From the human T2T-CHM13v2.0 reference genome, Homo sapiens: DNA of 64,000 nt. Positions 1-13,839 of this stretch are shown in pieces. The notes below the pieces were generated by a model, which saw nothing but the letters and a program-made list of their open reading frames with translations, had not been told where the DNA came from and made no database searches. Position 1 is the first letter of the stretch, and the number at the start of each line of letters is the position of its first letter. The DNA lies in NCBI RefSeq assembly GCF_009914755.1, contig NC_060926.1; one strand, 5' to 3'. The translations under genes and the position numbers were made by a program.

Positions 1-1796
1 CTTCAAATAAAATCCAAGCTGAATTCATGGTTTCTGGTTACCTAATAGAATTAAGACTTTTTATCTTTTGTCTATTGTTAATTTTAATGACACAAAGTCA
101 GGGATGAGTTTGATCTGCAGTAATATGCATTTTCTTCATCATAAATGCACCACGTTCTTGAAACATATTCATTTGCTCTATATTTTGTTTCTGTTAATAG
201 CTCTGACGGTTGACATTAAATATTATAGAAGATGATGGCGAAGGTCAGCTGCTATTTCTACAACTTGAAGGGAAGTACCCCAATAGACTTCTTTTACTTT
301 TTTTTTTTTACAAAATATTTATTTATTTATTTGCTTTTCACATTTGAGAGGTTTCAGATGCAAATACAGTGGCTTGAGAAATGCATCGGTCATAGCCTTT
401 CAAGATACTCAGTCACCCATTTCTTGCTTAGCTTCATAGGAAACTCTTATCTGTGATGTATCAACATATTGGTCACAGTTTTAATTATCAGCTGCTCAAT
501 ACCTAGAGGAAGGACAGGTTTACTTGCAAAAGATAGACTGTTGAGATTTCTCCCTTCAATATTATTATTTATTTCATCTTCTTTAATAAATCAAAAGGAT
601 AGCGTTCAATGAAAAATTTTTTCTTTTTCCAACATATTTTAAATCTCTTTTTCTACAATTCACTGATTTGTCTACCAAAACAATCATATCAATTTAAGTT
701 TCTCCATCTGTCAGTTAGAAAAAACTATAATTTACTTGGAAGATGGTCTTGTTTAGTTTTTGCTTGTGATTATAGTATCAAAATTGAGAAGCCGATGTAA
801 GTCATAATAGTACAGGATTTTTTAGTGCTTCAAGATGCATAAAAAATAAAATTAACAAATTCGGCATCATTTTATTCATAACTTAAACTCTAAACTAAAT
901 GTTAAGGAGGAAATTTGAATCTTATAGAAAATTGAGATAAAATTTAATATGAGTTAAGAAAAGATAAATACAGTAATTATAAATAATTTTATTAATGTTG
1001 TATGGTTTTAGATAAAACCTGGCCAGAAAATAAGATCATGCCTTCTATAAGTTTTTCAATGATTCTGTGATTATGTGATCTAGCCACGTCAATTTGCATC
1101 TTATTTGCTAATTTTTGTAGAATCTCAGAAGAATGTATCTTTATACAACATTACCTGAGAAAGGAAAATATATCTTATATCTATAGAGAAAGAAGTAAAT
1201 TGGGTAAAATGAGGTCAGTTAAGTTAATCAAGCATATTTTTTGGATAGCTTTGACAGTAAGCTTGAGATGTGTATATTGCTGTGATAGAAAATAGGGGGC
1301 CCAGGCTGATTTTTTGTAGTAAGATTGACATGCAGGACAAAGGATGTAGAAAAACAAGTCAGCTAGAAAGTATGAGGCAATGCACAACAGCCAGAGGTGG
1401 TGACACACACAGCCATAAAGATGCTGTTTGGAATGTTTTCTGGGGGGGAGTGGTGAGGATGGCATTTCCACTGAGAATCTGGTAAAATGCACATAAATGA
1501 TAATTTTTATACAATCAAGATTGCATCAAATATCTGAAGGCCAAAACACCAGATGAAGAAGAGAGATGGGTACAAGCAATAGGGGTAAAGCAAAATCAGC
1601 AAAATTGGCTGAAGGGAAACAAGAGCTCACAGGTTAGTTTAGATTTGAGCCTAAGTGACATTAGTCATGTTGGTACCATCATCTGGAGTGCAGAGACTTA
1701 GAAGAAGTGTAATTTTAGGCTTTGACTGTGAGTCCTATTTCACACTTGTGGAAATGATTGTAATGAGGAGGCATGTAACAATTATAATAGAGGATG

Positions 1797-2035
1797 ATAA
1801 TAGCTAATGTTTATTAATAGTTTATGTTACAGGCACTGTTGTAAGCTATTTTTATTAATTGATTTTCTCTCTCCATTAGTCCTAAAATATACATAATACT
1901 ATTATTCTCATCTTATAGATGACAAAACTAAAATGTTTAGAGTTAAAATAATCCCCTACTATGACACAGTTTGTTAGTGGCAAACTTGGGATTTAAATAC
2001 GGACAAACTCATGAGCCTGTTCTTTCTATCACTAA
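1797..2035 (-). mobile_element. MIR SINE
   Basis: Reverse complement of MIR core and tail (ataatagctaatgtttatt...attattctcatcttatagatgacaaaact...ttagtggcaaacttgggatttaaa). Confidence 0.8.
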
Positions 2036-2084
2036 GCCAGAGACAGGGCTGAGATTTTGGTCGAAATACATCTAGAGACAGACG

Positions 2085-2218
2085 GTAGAGTTTAGATTGG
2101 GCAAGTGAAGCACCTGTGATACAAATTTGAGGAGGGACTTGTATGATCCCAATTGTGACAGCCTCCTTAAACCTTGTTCCTTAGGAGCCTTGCTTGTGTC
2201 ACTGTTGTTGTGGGTCTG
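2085..2218. mobile_element. MER91-like palindromic hAT MITE remnant
   Basis: Degenerate internal inverted symmetry (ggcaagtgaagcacct...aaatttgaggagg / cctccttaaacctt...aggagccttgcttg) resembling remembered MER91 consensus. Confidence 0.45.
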
Positions 2219-2446
2219 AGACACAGAGGCTTAAAAACACTTAGCATGAACCTGCGTTCTCGTCAAGTGACACTGTAGAGCTGAGAGAAAGATTTAGGGA
2301 GGAAATCTTGGGATCATCACAGGGCAGAAAGACAAACTAGAACAAAAGAGGATTTATAACAGGATCAGGGTAAAAGTCTAGAACATTAAAGTGTTTTAGC
2401 CCTTAAATAGGGGAGAATTTTCAGAAGGAATGGTTGGTAAGGAATA

Positions 2447-3007
2447 TGTTCCAGTTACCAGGTCTGAGAAAGTAATTACCTCAAAATCTGTGACATAAAG
2501 CATTTATTAAGTTTGTAGAGTCATGGGTCAGCAATGCAGATAAGGCACAGTGGAGACAGATTGTTCCACAAGGTTTGGAGCCTCCACTAGGAAGATGCAA
2601 AGGCTTGAAGGACATAGTTGCTAAAAGCGGGATTCGCCCTAAGGTTGTTCACTCACATCTGGTGGCTGATGGTGGCTGTCTGCTGGAACTCAGTGGGGCT
2701 GCAAGGCTGGAACACCACACACAGCCTCATCCTATGGCTCAGTCTCTTCACTGCAGGGTGGCCGGACTCAAAGACAAGTATGTTAAGACATCCAGGAAGA
2801 AGCTGCATACGTTTTATGGCCTGGCCTCGGAAGTCCCATGGCATGGTTTCTGTCATATTCTACATGTCAGAGCCCTTACAAGTCTGCTCAGAGGGAGGAG
2901 AAACAGACTCTACCTCTTGATGGGATTGGTGAGGTTCTGAAAGGAAAGACATACTGGAGGGCTGCAAATATGTCTGTGACCATTTTTGGAAAATATAACT
3001 CATCACA
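2447..3007 (-). mobile_element. MLT1 (MLT1G/H-like) MaLR solo LTR
   Basis: Typical MLT1 motifs: ttcactcacatctggtggctgatg, ggcctcggaagtc, cagactctacctcttgatggga, gccatttttggaaaata-like end; explains ORFs at 2575-3082. Confidence 0.75.
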
Positions 3008-3329
3008 AAGTATGACAGGAAACATGCTTAGGAGAATGGTCAGGGTGTGTGATTTGACATTGGATTTGTATTGATTTATCACAGGATTATGGTTGGCAGG
3101 GAGCTCCTGTTTAAGAAAACTTGTTAAAGAGCAATGGACATAAGGTCACTCACTTGAGAATTCCAGAAATTAGGGAAAGAAAAAAGTAAGATAGTGAATG
3201 AAAGAAGAAAGAGGTCACGTGAGACATTTCTCAAATGTGATCAGAAAGTCACCAAATATTAAGTTAAATAAACTTTGTGATACAAATCATAGAGGGAAAA
3301 AATAAGAAAAGGAGACTGAGTTTTTTGTG

Positions 3330-3530
3330 CATCTGTAATTTGGTGTGTTAGGTACTTCACCCATGTGATATCATTTAATCCCTGCAATAATGTAGATACA
3401 TATTTTAAAGCCCATTTTGTATACAGAAAATGGAAAACTCCCTGGTCTGATAACATTACGGGCATATAAACTAAGCAACAGAGTTGAGTTGAAGGCAAGC
3501 ATGACTCCAACATTTGTGTTCTTTTCCAAC
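3330..3530 (-). mobile_element. MIR SINE
   Basis: tatcatttaatccctgcaataa...cccattttgtatacagaaaatggaaaact MIR core. Confidence 0.65.
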
Positions 3531-3829
3531 TGCTATGCCTTATGCCTGAAGGTAACCCTAATTAATCAAATTGCATCATTGTAACAATTGTTTTCTTAGA
3601 ATTAGTTTGTAATAAGATTTGCAGTCCACTGTGCTGCTTTTTATCTCTCTAACAAGACTGTCTCAGATTATGTCTTCTTTTCTTCTTGGATTACTCAGAG
3701 AATAAAGTGCAAGTATTTTGCAGACAGCGAATTCTTTCCACAACTACTTGGAATTGAGGGAGAAGGCTGGGATACCTTTATTTATAGTAGTAGACTCCTA
3801 GAATGAATGCTGAGAAGAAGGATGTGAGA

Positions 3830-3940
3830 AGCAAACAAATTTAGTGAGTGCCTGCAATATTTCTGGCATTGGGCTTTAGGGTTCTGGTACCTGAGATTTA
3901 GACAGATAATGTGTATTGTTCTAAGTGATTCATCTAGATG
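3830..3940 (-). mobile_element. L2 3' end fragment
   Basis: aacaaatttagtgagtgcctgcaatatttctggcattggg resembles reversed L2 tail. Confidence 0.5.
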
Positions 3941-4129
3941 TAGTTGAACCACAACTAAATTCATGACTTTTCAACCCCCAAAGGCCTTTTCATGCTGCCT
4001 TCTTAGAGAAATATAATGGTAACTTTTCAATGTGGTAGCTGATCAAAATGAAATTTTAAAAAAATCTGTTACATTTGCGAAGTTGGTATTGATGCCTTAC
4101 ATCTTAAATTACAGAAGTCAGGTAATAGT

Positions 4130-4655
4130 TGTGGGAGACAATTTTCCATGGGTCTGTCACATTTCTACACCTCTCATGAGTGGCAACATGGACAGCTTTT
4201 TCATTCTGGACTGTCTTGTCAAGGATGTTCACAGATTCAACAGCTTTGGAAGACAGAGATAGTGTCTCCCTTTAGAAGAGAGGACAGGTTGGGTTACTGT
4301 CCAGTATAATAAAGATTGTATCTCTCTCCTGAGTGAAAGTTGGGCAGCTTTGCTTGCAGCCCATTATAAAAGATCTGGGTTCCTTAAGGTCCATGTTCTC
4401 AGCAGTGACACAAACTCACTGCCTGGGCAGTGTCTTTCTGGGGCTTCCTGTTTGTCCCTGTGGGACTGGGGATGGAGTGATAAGAAAAACCAACGTGAAC
4501 CTGAAGCCTGTGTAAATCTTTTGTGCTATGAGTATACATCTTTTGCCTCTCACCTAGGAGTCTTGGTTTCTTCTCTTAGGCCACTGAAAATATAGCAGTC
4601 TAACTTCTTAGCTTGTGAAGAGAGTAAAATCTTTGACCTGCTGTAATTTTAGACA
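4130..4655 (+). mobile_element. ERVL-class solo LTR (LTR47-like)
   Basis: TG...CA termini (tgtgggagacaattttccatggg ... taattttagaca), ~525 bp, internal ggaagacagagatagtgtctccc and cccattataaaagat motifs. Confidence 0.65.
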
Positions 4656-5597
4656 ATGGACCCAATGGATGTTTTTTTTTATTTATAGAGAAATATTTCA
4701 CTTCATTTCCTCTTTTTACTTAATAGACTAATATGTTTTCTTAGGAGAAACTTGGAAAGTATTTTCAGAAAAAAAAGAAAAAAGTTAGGTAAGACTAAGA
4801 ATGGGTCCAGGAGGTGAGAAAGGATAAACAACAGGTGGGTACAAATAAAAGCCATAAGTGGGGCAATAAAACATTTTGCAACTAAAACTTGTATAGACCA
4901 ATTATTTTTGCATGTCATACACAGTTTGTGTCAGATAATGAAAGAAGATTGACTTTCTAAACAACTTGACCAAATTGACAAAAATAAAAGTGTGCAGAGG
5001 TCTTCTTTTGCTTTCATTCTGTTTAGAAAATGAAGGCTCAGTCACTCTTTAGCCTAAAGCCAATGACTAAAATGAATAATATGCACATGTAATAGGAAGC
5101 AGATAGAACATAAGAAAGCCCCTTACACTGACAAGTATAGATCCCCAAATTGGTTTGAGAAAAGAGGAAACAGAAGCCTCATTAATCAGCGTTTCAGTAT
5201 ACGTTGCAAAAGAACATATTTAATATGCACAGCCTCTCCAGCTTGAAGTATAAACTTCCTTCCATGAGTATTACAAAAGATGCATCAGTTGGACATATAA
5301 CTTCATTCAGAACTCACCTGTAAATGAAATGAGACATGTTGATATGAGGAAGCATGGCAATAGAATGTGTCCTTAATTCATACACAAGAGAAAACCTAGA
5401 GGACACAGGTTTGTGTGAACATTCTTAAGTGGCTATAGCAGTTAATACTTGAAATTCATGTATGTTACATATCAGTATTACAACTAATCAGGAAAATACC
5501 TAGTTAAGACACTCCAAAGGTATATAGCAACAGCTACAGTGTATAATTCAGGCCCTCACCATTTCACCAGGGTCAGACAAATTATCTTTTCATCCTT

Positions 5598-5764
5598 GCT
5601 ATTCCAAGTGCTGCTCATAGGCCAGCAGCCTTATATCTTCTGATGTTAGAAATGTTACAAATGCAGAAACTCAGGATGCACTGAGATTCTCTGAATCAGA
5701 ATCTGTGTTTCAACAGTATCCCCAGGTGAATTTCATATACACAATAAATGCTGATAACCACTGG
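5598..5764. mobile_element. MER5A hAT-Charlie DNA transposon
   Basis: aaatgcagaaactcagg...ctgaatcagaatctgtgtttcaacagtatccccaggtga...aaccactg. Confidence 0.8.
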
Positions 5765-6038
5765 AGTAACTATTATGGGATCATTCTGTCTCTTCCTACC
5801 TTCCTTCATTCTCCATTATAATGACAGATTTCTCAAGATTAGCAATCTTATCATAGACCTTTCTAATGACACCATTTTATTAAATAAATCTCAGGCCTCA
5901 GGCTCCATGATATTCTACATCAAGTCTTCTAAAATGTACTTCTTGTGTTTCTCTAACCGTGTGCCTTTTCCACCCACTACATTCTCCTGAAAACATGATT
6001 GATACCATCTTCTCAGCATCCCAAACCCCAAATCACAT

Positions 6039-6040
<2 letters not shown>

Positions 6041-6095
<55 letters not shown>
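6041..6095. repeat. (AC)27 microsatellite
   Basis: Uninterrupted AC run seen directly. Confidence 0.98.
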
Positions 6096-6096
<1 letters not shown>

Positions 6097-6964
6097 CCTG
6101 TCATTTGGACATGTCCAATTATGTTCTGTGAGCATGCCTTGCCACTGTGTGCTTGCCTGTCTTTACACAGGATAATCCTGCTGTCTGAAATGACCTTTGT
6201 TTTGTCTTTGTTAGACTTTGGCTCAGTTATCAACACACCTCTTCCACCTTTCCTGCTCTCAGGGACCCTCCCAACCCTCTCAGTTCCTGGGATCTTTCTC
6301 CATTTTCTTCCAACCGCTAACAGCCAGCCTCCTCTCCAACAAAGGCCAGTATTTTTATCTCATGTGGCCCCATTCTGTCTCCAGATTATTTCTTAAGCCA
6401 ACCTTCTTTCAATTCCTTCTACTACGATGATCCACAGACCAAAACAATGGTTCTTCTGGAGATCTGATTCTTTTAACTTCCTTAGCATTAACTGTTTAGT
6501 TTGTTTATTTAGATGGCATCATCTTCCTGCCACCCCAGGTCGAATCAGACTCATACCAAACTTATACATCAATTCGTTCTCTACAACTGAAAGCCTAGCC
6601 TCTCATTTTTTCTGGGGAGATAAATATTAATTGTTTTTAAGGATACAATACAAATTGCACTATTTCCGTTTCTTGACTATATTAGCCTCATAAAAATGCT
6701 ACCATTTACCATTATTAAATGTGGCACTCAGGATATTGATCACAAAACACATCTAAAGTAACAATTTACTCTCTTATGCTTTTCTATAACTTTGTATCTA
6801 TATACTATATGTGCATACTTGTCTGTACACACACAGAAATGCACATATATTTTCTTTTCCTCCTTCTGGGATTGAAAGTTACTGGTAGGGATTGAGAAAA
6901 CCATCCTCAGGATTCTACTTCTCTGCATTCTCTTAGCTCATCTTCCATATTTTCTCTCTTTATT

Positions 6965-7102
6965 GCTTTATTTTAATTGACAAATACTGTATATATTTTT
7001 CACATACAACATGTTGTTCTGAAGTACCTATACACCGCGGAATGGCTAAATTGAGCTAATTAGCCTGTGTATCTCCTCACATCCTTGTCATTTTCAGTGG
7101 TC
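6965..7102 (-). mobile_element. L1MA-type 3' end fragment
   Basis: ttttaattgacaaat...ggaatggctaaattgagctaatta, typical L1MA 3' terminus in reverse. Confidence 0.65.
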
Positions 7103-7550
7103 TATATTTTCTCTTGAACGCATCATGCCGTTGTTTCCATCTCCACCACCTTTCCTTGGGCCCAGCAATCACTGCTTTGTTTTGATTCTGTTAAAATCAT
7201 TTTCTCATGTGTTCTGTTGCTTCTAACCTCCAAACTGCTCGTCAGCTCTGACCTTGTTATTTTCTTGTCCCAAATTCTCCTGTATCACTTTGTCATTTTC
7301 AGAATGTAACCCAAGCAACTTAGCTTGACACACAAAGTCCGATATGAGGCAGCTAAAATTCTAATCTCCGGGTGCTTTTCTCTGTAAGAAAGCACCATCT
7401 CAACTGCACTGACCTTGAAAAAGTCAAAGACTTTCCTGTTTCAGTGTTTTCCTCAGATCATATGTTCTCTTTTTCTCTGGAATAGCCGTGCTCTCTTTAT
7501 CGTCCTGGTAAACTCTTTTTTCTTTCAAAATGCAGCTTAATCTCTTGGAA

Positions 7551-7718
7551 ATATGTGTGTATGTGTTTGTGTGTGTCTGTGTGTATTTGAAATATTTAGA
7601 GTGTCTGTTTATATAGTTTATATATATAATGTATGTATATTATATATAATATATATTTTATATATATAATTTTTTTTGTGTATATATATACATATATGTG
7701 TATATATATACATATATA

Positions 7719-7764
<46 letters not shown>

Positions 7765-7765
7765 A
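7551..7765. repeat. Compound (TG)/(TA) microsatellite and low-complexity tract
   Basis: Seen directly. Confidence 0.9.
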
Positions 7766-8581
7766 TATGTTCTTCCCAAACTGTTAGGTACCATTTTTCT
7801 GTTCCCTGAGATAATATGTTTACTGATTTTTATGACATTTGCCATACTAATACTATTGTTAATGTATCTAGTCTGAGTCCTTGAAGCAGACAGTATAAAT
7901 TTTATTTTAATAAATGCAGGAGGTGGGAAAAATGTTTGCTGAATGAATGGTGATATTCCTTTTATACATCCTTAGCCTTTTTCCACCTCAGGTAAGACAC
8001 TCAGTATCACAAGTTTCACATGCTGTACAAACTCCCTCTGTCATGAGTGTGAAGCTAAGGCCTGCCTATAGTTTTCTTCTTGTATAAGTTATTTCAACTG
8101 ATTCATATTACCAAGCAGAATAATTCAGCTGTCTTGTGAATGGATGTGTCAGCTTCTCTGTGGACTCTATTCTTTCATTCTCCTGCTCTAGTCCCCTGCT
8201 CTTTCTCTCTTTCTCTTTTGTACATCTACATCCTCTTATTCTCCATAAGACGACTGCACTGAATTTCTATTTGACTCAGAATATTCTCTTCCCATTTTGC
8301 CCCGTCTGTCTACTTGTTGAACATCTATTTGAACTGTTTCACCTTGTCTTTTCTCTTTGAATCAGTGACTCTTAGAATTTAAGGAGGTAAGTGATTTCAG
8401 CAATAATTCAGTTGTACTCTTTCATTTTTGAGATGAAGAAACAAAAGCATTGAAGGTGGAAGAGGATGGAAAGATGCCCTAGAATTGCGGTCTGATCCTT
8501 TTTACACTGGACAAATGTTTGTCATTTGATTTGGTAGCCCATGCTCTTAAATTCCTTCCTGTCTCAGGAATCCTCCATTTA

Positions 8582-8914
<333 letters not shown>

Positions 8915-9369
8915 AATCAGAGGCTGCCTCATACTCTATAACTAAAAATGCCACATGCCAACTGTTACAGCCTTTTCCTAGTTGCTAGGAAGGCTAAGAC
9001 TCCACTATAAGATGCACCCACCTTAAGTTGGAAGCTGGTAATATGACTAAAGTGGGGCTCCCCAGTTTCCTTGACAGAGGAGGCAGCTGCACCCACTGTC
9101 TCAAAGCGGCAGTTACATGATTTCCAGGGATTTCTGGTGATAAAGGTGCATGATAACATAGACAGCACCAGGTGGTGACAGCACTGGCCTCCTTCACTGC
9201 ACCAGTTTCATGGCTTGATTTTGGTCATTGGAAATGCTTGATTCTCCAGGATCGCTTGAGATGCAGTCATTGCATTTGTTTTCTGTTGCATTCAGCAAAG
9301 TCAGTTTTGTTGCTTACAACTCTTTTTTTTTCTTTAACCTACTTAATTAACTTCTTAGTACTACTGCTA

Positions 9370-9550
9370 CCTGAAATTATATTTATCTTGCTAATGTCCT
9401 TAATGTCTGCTGTTCCCACTAGAATGTAAGCTTCATGAAGGCAGAACATCATGTATCTGCTTTCTATGATATACCCTCTCTATTTCAACAGAGCCTCGCT
9501 TATAGCCTCATAGCAAGTGCCTGGGAAATATTTATTAATTAATAAATAAT
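9370..9550 (+). mobile_element. L2 3' end
   Basis: cccactagaatgtaagcttcatgaaggcag...aaatatttattaattaataaataat. Confidence 0.75.
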
Positions 9551-9569
9551 AGATTATTTTCTGTTCTGG

Positions 9570-10430
9570 AAAGAAAATGCCTTTAAAAACACTTTTTTGT
9601 TGTTAAGTTCTTTGTATCCCCTCAAATACCTATTTTGATTATTTGGATACGTGAATTTTTTCCTGAATTTTTCATTTTGTTTTTGCTATTCTTACATTTG
9701 ATTTTCTTAAATGTCTCGTGGTGTCTTGGCTATTCATTTATGGTTATGGATTAAGGCAAGTGTTGTTTAGCATAAGAAGCCATCATGTGTTTCCTCTGTT
9801 CTTTGGTCTGTCTCTCCACTCATAGGTTTCTGTTTTTGAAGAGGGTGAGGGGCTCGTTATAAGCTTGTATGTGTGTCTGGTCTGTTTGCTTAGAAGTAAG
9901 ATAAGTATGAGATTTTCTACCCCACTTCCACTCTATAGATTTAAAGACTAAGTCCTTATGTTAGGTACAAACCAGGAGTTCTGGCTTTCCCAAGGCAGAT
10001 AATAAAACACTACTGGATGGGAATTCTCTGCTTTTGGATGAGAACCTACTCTCTGGTGCCTGTATCTGTGCATGGGGAGGGTTCAGGGAGAGGTAATATG
10101 ACAGCTCTGATTAATGAATCCCCCGATCTTTGCCCTCTTTCTTTTCTGAAGTTCTCTTCCCACCAATCTCAAAGAGACTCTCCATTAATGGGAAGAATAG
10201 CCCCAGCTCCCAACTTCCTGTAGCTTCTCTGAGCTGAGATTTTAGCACAATTGTAAGATCCTATTCTCTTTCTGTCTTCCAGAATGTCATCAAAAACACT
10301 GGTGCCCTTCACCTCCTTTTCTCTGTTACTTATTTATTGTCCTTTGTGTATTTTCTATATAATTTCACTAAACTTTGGGGAGGTTGGTAGGTAAATGGTA
10401 TAAATCAGTTTGCATCTTAAGCAAAGAATG
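9570..10430 (-). mobile_element. Ancient L1M/HAL1 5' region, highly diverged
   Basis: T-rich composition; end resembles old L1 5' terminus (cagtttgcatcttaagcaaagaa). Confidence 0.35.
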
Positions 10431-10523
10431 GAAAGAAGATAATAACATGTGTATCCCTAAATTCCACTTCAGTCCTTCTGAATAGAATATATAGTAATAG
10501 ATCTATAAATAATTTTAAGTTAA

Positions 10524-10950
<427 letters not shown>

Positions 10951-10964
10951 TAGCATCTCTGAAA

Positions 10965-11050
10965 ATGAACCCCACCTTTGTTTATACATACTTCTAATTG
11001 ATTAGCCATGAACCCCACCTTTGTTTATACATACTTCTAATTGATTAGCC
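10965..11050. repeat. Perfect 43-bp tandem duplication (2 copies)
   Basis: atgaaccccacctttgtttatacatacttctaattgattagcc at 10965-11007 and 11008-11050. Confidence 0.97.
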
Positions 11051-12779
11051 AGTGAACATTCAATAAACATACATTAGAAGAAGAGAAAAATAACAAAAAA
11101 AGGAGGGAAGGAAATAGTATACATTATTACATTCTGTAATAAGTTTGAGAGCGTATTTTATGCCAGGTTTTGTACAGATGCTAGAGTTAGAATAGCCTTT
11201 GTCCTTGTTTAGGTCAGCCTATCAAATTTCATTTGCCTTAACTATCAAACCAATAAGATGACACCATGTAATTGCAGGGATTCCTTTAAGACCTTCCTCT
11301 CACCAAATTTTTTTTTATTACATTTTTCTGGACTAATAACCTTTTGCAATGCATGACACTAATACCAGTTAATTTAAAGAGTGATTCCCCCTGCCAAGAT
11401 AAATTGTAATAATTCCATCTTGAATATCAAAATCCAACAGGCAGCTAATTGTCTTTGAATCAAAAGACCCAAAGACATTCAGTGTCACTGCGGCAAACAT
11501 CAAATGCAACCCCAGGAAAATATTTGATTATGAGTCATAAAGATCTGTTCTGAGCCATGAATTATATTTAGGGGGGAAGGTAAACACACTTTGCTTCCAG
11601 GTTTATGTCTTCAGCACACTCATTTTCTCAGGTGTTAATATGAAGAGACGTAAATAGCCCAGGAACTACTTTTTGAAACACAAGCTATAAAATTAATGAT
11701 CTCTGCCAAAGATTCCCTCATTTCTCATCACGATAAACAAATTGGACATAAAACAGTCTGGCTGGATGTGCCTTTGCTGGTGGATAAGTGTATGTGGGGG
11801 GGGGTAATTTTGGGTAGTGGGTAGTGCTATAACCTTTATTTAGCAAAGGGGAGAGGAGAAGAAAATAAAAAACAGTGCTTTAAATTATATTGATCTAAAA
11901 ATGACAGGTGTTCATTAGAATACCTGAAAGACACAAACCAAGACAATCAAACTCATGACTTCCTTGGAAGGTTGATGTGTGAAAGTTTAATTTGAAAATC
12001 ATCCCACTGGCAAGGTAAGAGGGTGCCAAGTCTCAGAGATGTGAGGCTGTGAACCTGTCAGCTTGGACATGATTGCTCACTGAAACAGGCGTCTCTGCCA
12101 GGGTAGACCCATTTATAATTTATTTTTCTCCTTTGTAAACTATCAACTGTACAGAATGACAGAATGTGGCACGACTACATAGACCCTGCTAGAGACAGAT
12201 GTCAAAGACCAAATTCCTTTATAAGAAAAGATAGTAAAAAATTACAAACATTAAAACATAAATTTATTTTTTTAATTTTCTGCAAAAAAAGGTCAGTCTT
12301 AGTCAATACTTAAATTTTCTAAAATTTCTTCTATTAGGAAATATATACAAAGATTGTATATACAGAGGTAGATTTTCAATACATACAGACACATAGATAA
12401 GATTTCCATTTTCTCATGAAATTCGATTCAGCCACGTGTTTATTTTTATTCAGATGTCTATCATTTATTGTAGAAAAGCCACCTATAAAATCAATTAAGC
12501 CCATCAGAAATATTTGATGAAATGAATCCAGATAATTTCATGTTCATCTGAATTCTCTGTGATAATAAATGTGGTGGGAAATAATCTTTAAAAAGGAATG
12601 GACGAATAAGCACACAAATAAATAAATAGAAAATTCTTCCAGTAACAAATCACACCTGAATGAATATGAATTACTTGTTGGGTGATCTAAAGGCTTATTC
12701 ATGCCTCCAAAGCATAACCACTGGATGTCGTTATCCTTTGGAGGTATGAATAAGCCTTTAGATCCAATACTAGATATCT

Positions 12780-12960
12780 TACATAAACTAATTTTTCGCA
12801 ATAATCCTATAAGGTAGGTACTATCATTATTTTGATTTTGTAGATAATGGCACAACTGCAGAAGAGAAAGGTTAAATAATCTTCCCAAAGTCCCTCTGTT
12901 GCCAAGAAGTACAGCCAAGATTTGAACCAAAGTCATCTGGCTTCTTGTCCTGAGCTTCTC
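12780..12960 (-). mobile_element. MIR SINE
   Basis: caataatcctataaggtaggtactatcattattttgattttgtagat...aggttaaataatcttcccaaagtc...gatttgaacc. Confidence 0.85.
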
Positions 12961-13319
12961 AAGAATGTGAACAGTGAACAGTCAGCGAATGGTGATTATA
13001 CACAGAAGAATGCTGAATGAATTGGAGCCCACTATGTGAATGATCCTCTCCCAAGTGGTCATCCTCCATGTCCCCCATCTTTCGTATCTCAAATAACTAC
13101 ATGTGACTGCAAAGGAATGGATACAATGGAAAGAGATAAATGGATAAGCAGTATTCCTCTCTTTGACAGAGATATAATCTTGAAAAGGAGATTTTAAGTT
13201 GGGCTTCATTGAAGAGACCAGCTTTTCACAAATGGAGAGGTGATTAAGAACATTCTAATTAATAAAACTCTGGAAATGAGACCAATATCTAATAAGCATC
13301 TACCCAGTTCTAAGTGAAG

Positions 13320-13490
13320 GCATTCATCCCACAACAGCCTAAATTATTGGCATGGCCATCATCATTTAACACATGAGAACATTTCATTTCTGAGAGATTA
13401 AGCAGCTCGATTGAGATTGCAGGTATCAACAGGAATAGAACAAGATTTTAATTAGCATTCATATAATTCCTAATTCTACATTCTTCCATT
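13320..13490 (-). mobile_element. MIR SINE (diverged)
   Basis: catccccacaacagcct...catttaacacatgagaac...agagattaagcagct. Confidence 0.55.
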
Positions 13491-13839
13491 AGGAAAAATT
13501 CCACGATAGCTGGTGACTGTATTCAGCTTAGAGAATGGAACTTGTCTGGGTGGCACAAAGAGTCTGTATTCAGTGTAGTTTGAGCGATGGTCAGTGTGAG
13601 GTGCATTTGGACCATTGTTGCTGTGACGTCAAATCTTACACAGGTGAGTCTCTCCCAGTGGAAGATGGAAGGAGTGGCTCTGTATGAGTGTTTGTGTGGG
13701 GAGGGTGGTTGGGAGTGAGAGGAAGGTGGAAGAGAATAGCTGGTTTATTCTCTGGTTTCTGTGGTGTGATCCTCTCTCCTCTCTACTGGGTACTACAGAA
13801 AAGATAGGAACACCAAAGATCTCATTTGATTGCTGTTGT

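Noticed and set aside
190-456. Possible coding exon near the window start (acceptor-like ttaatag; a frame reading LNIIEDDGEGQ; ORF 232-456)
   Set aside because: Stops occur in all three frames soon after the acceptor; no recognisable homology or partner exons
5959-6396. 145-aa ORF with HT repeats, and similar YI/HT/CV ORFs at 7618, 22546-23027, 33823 and 42641
   Set aside because: Open only because they cross microsatellites
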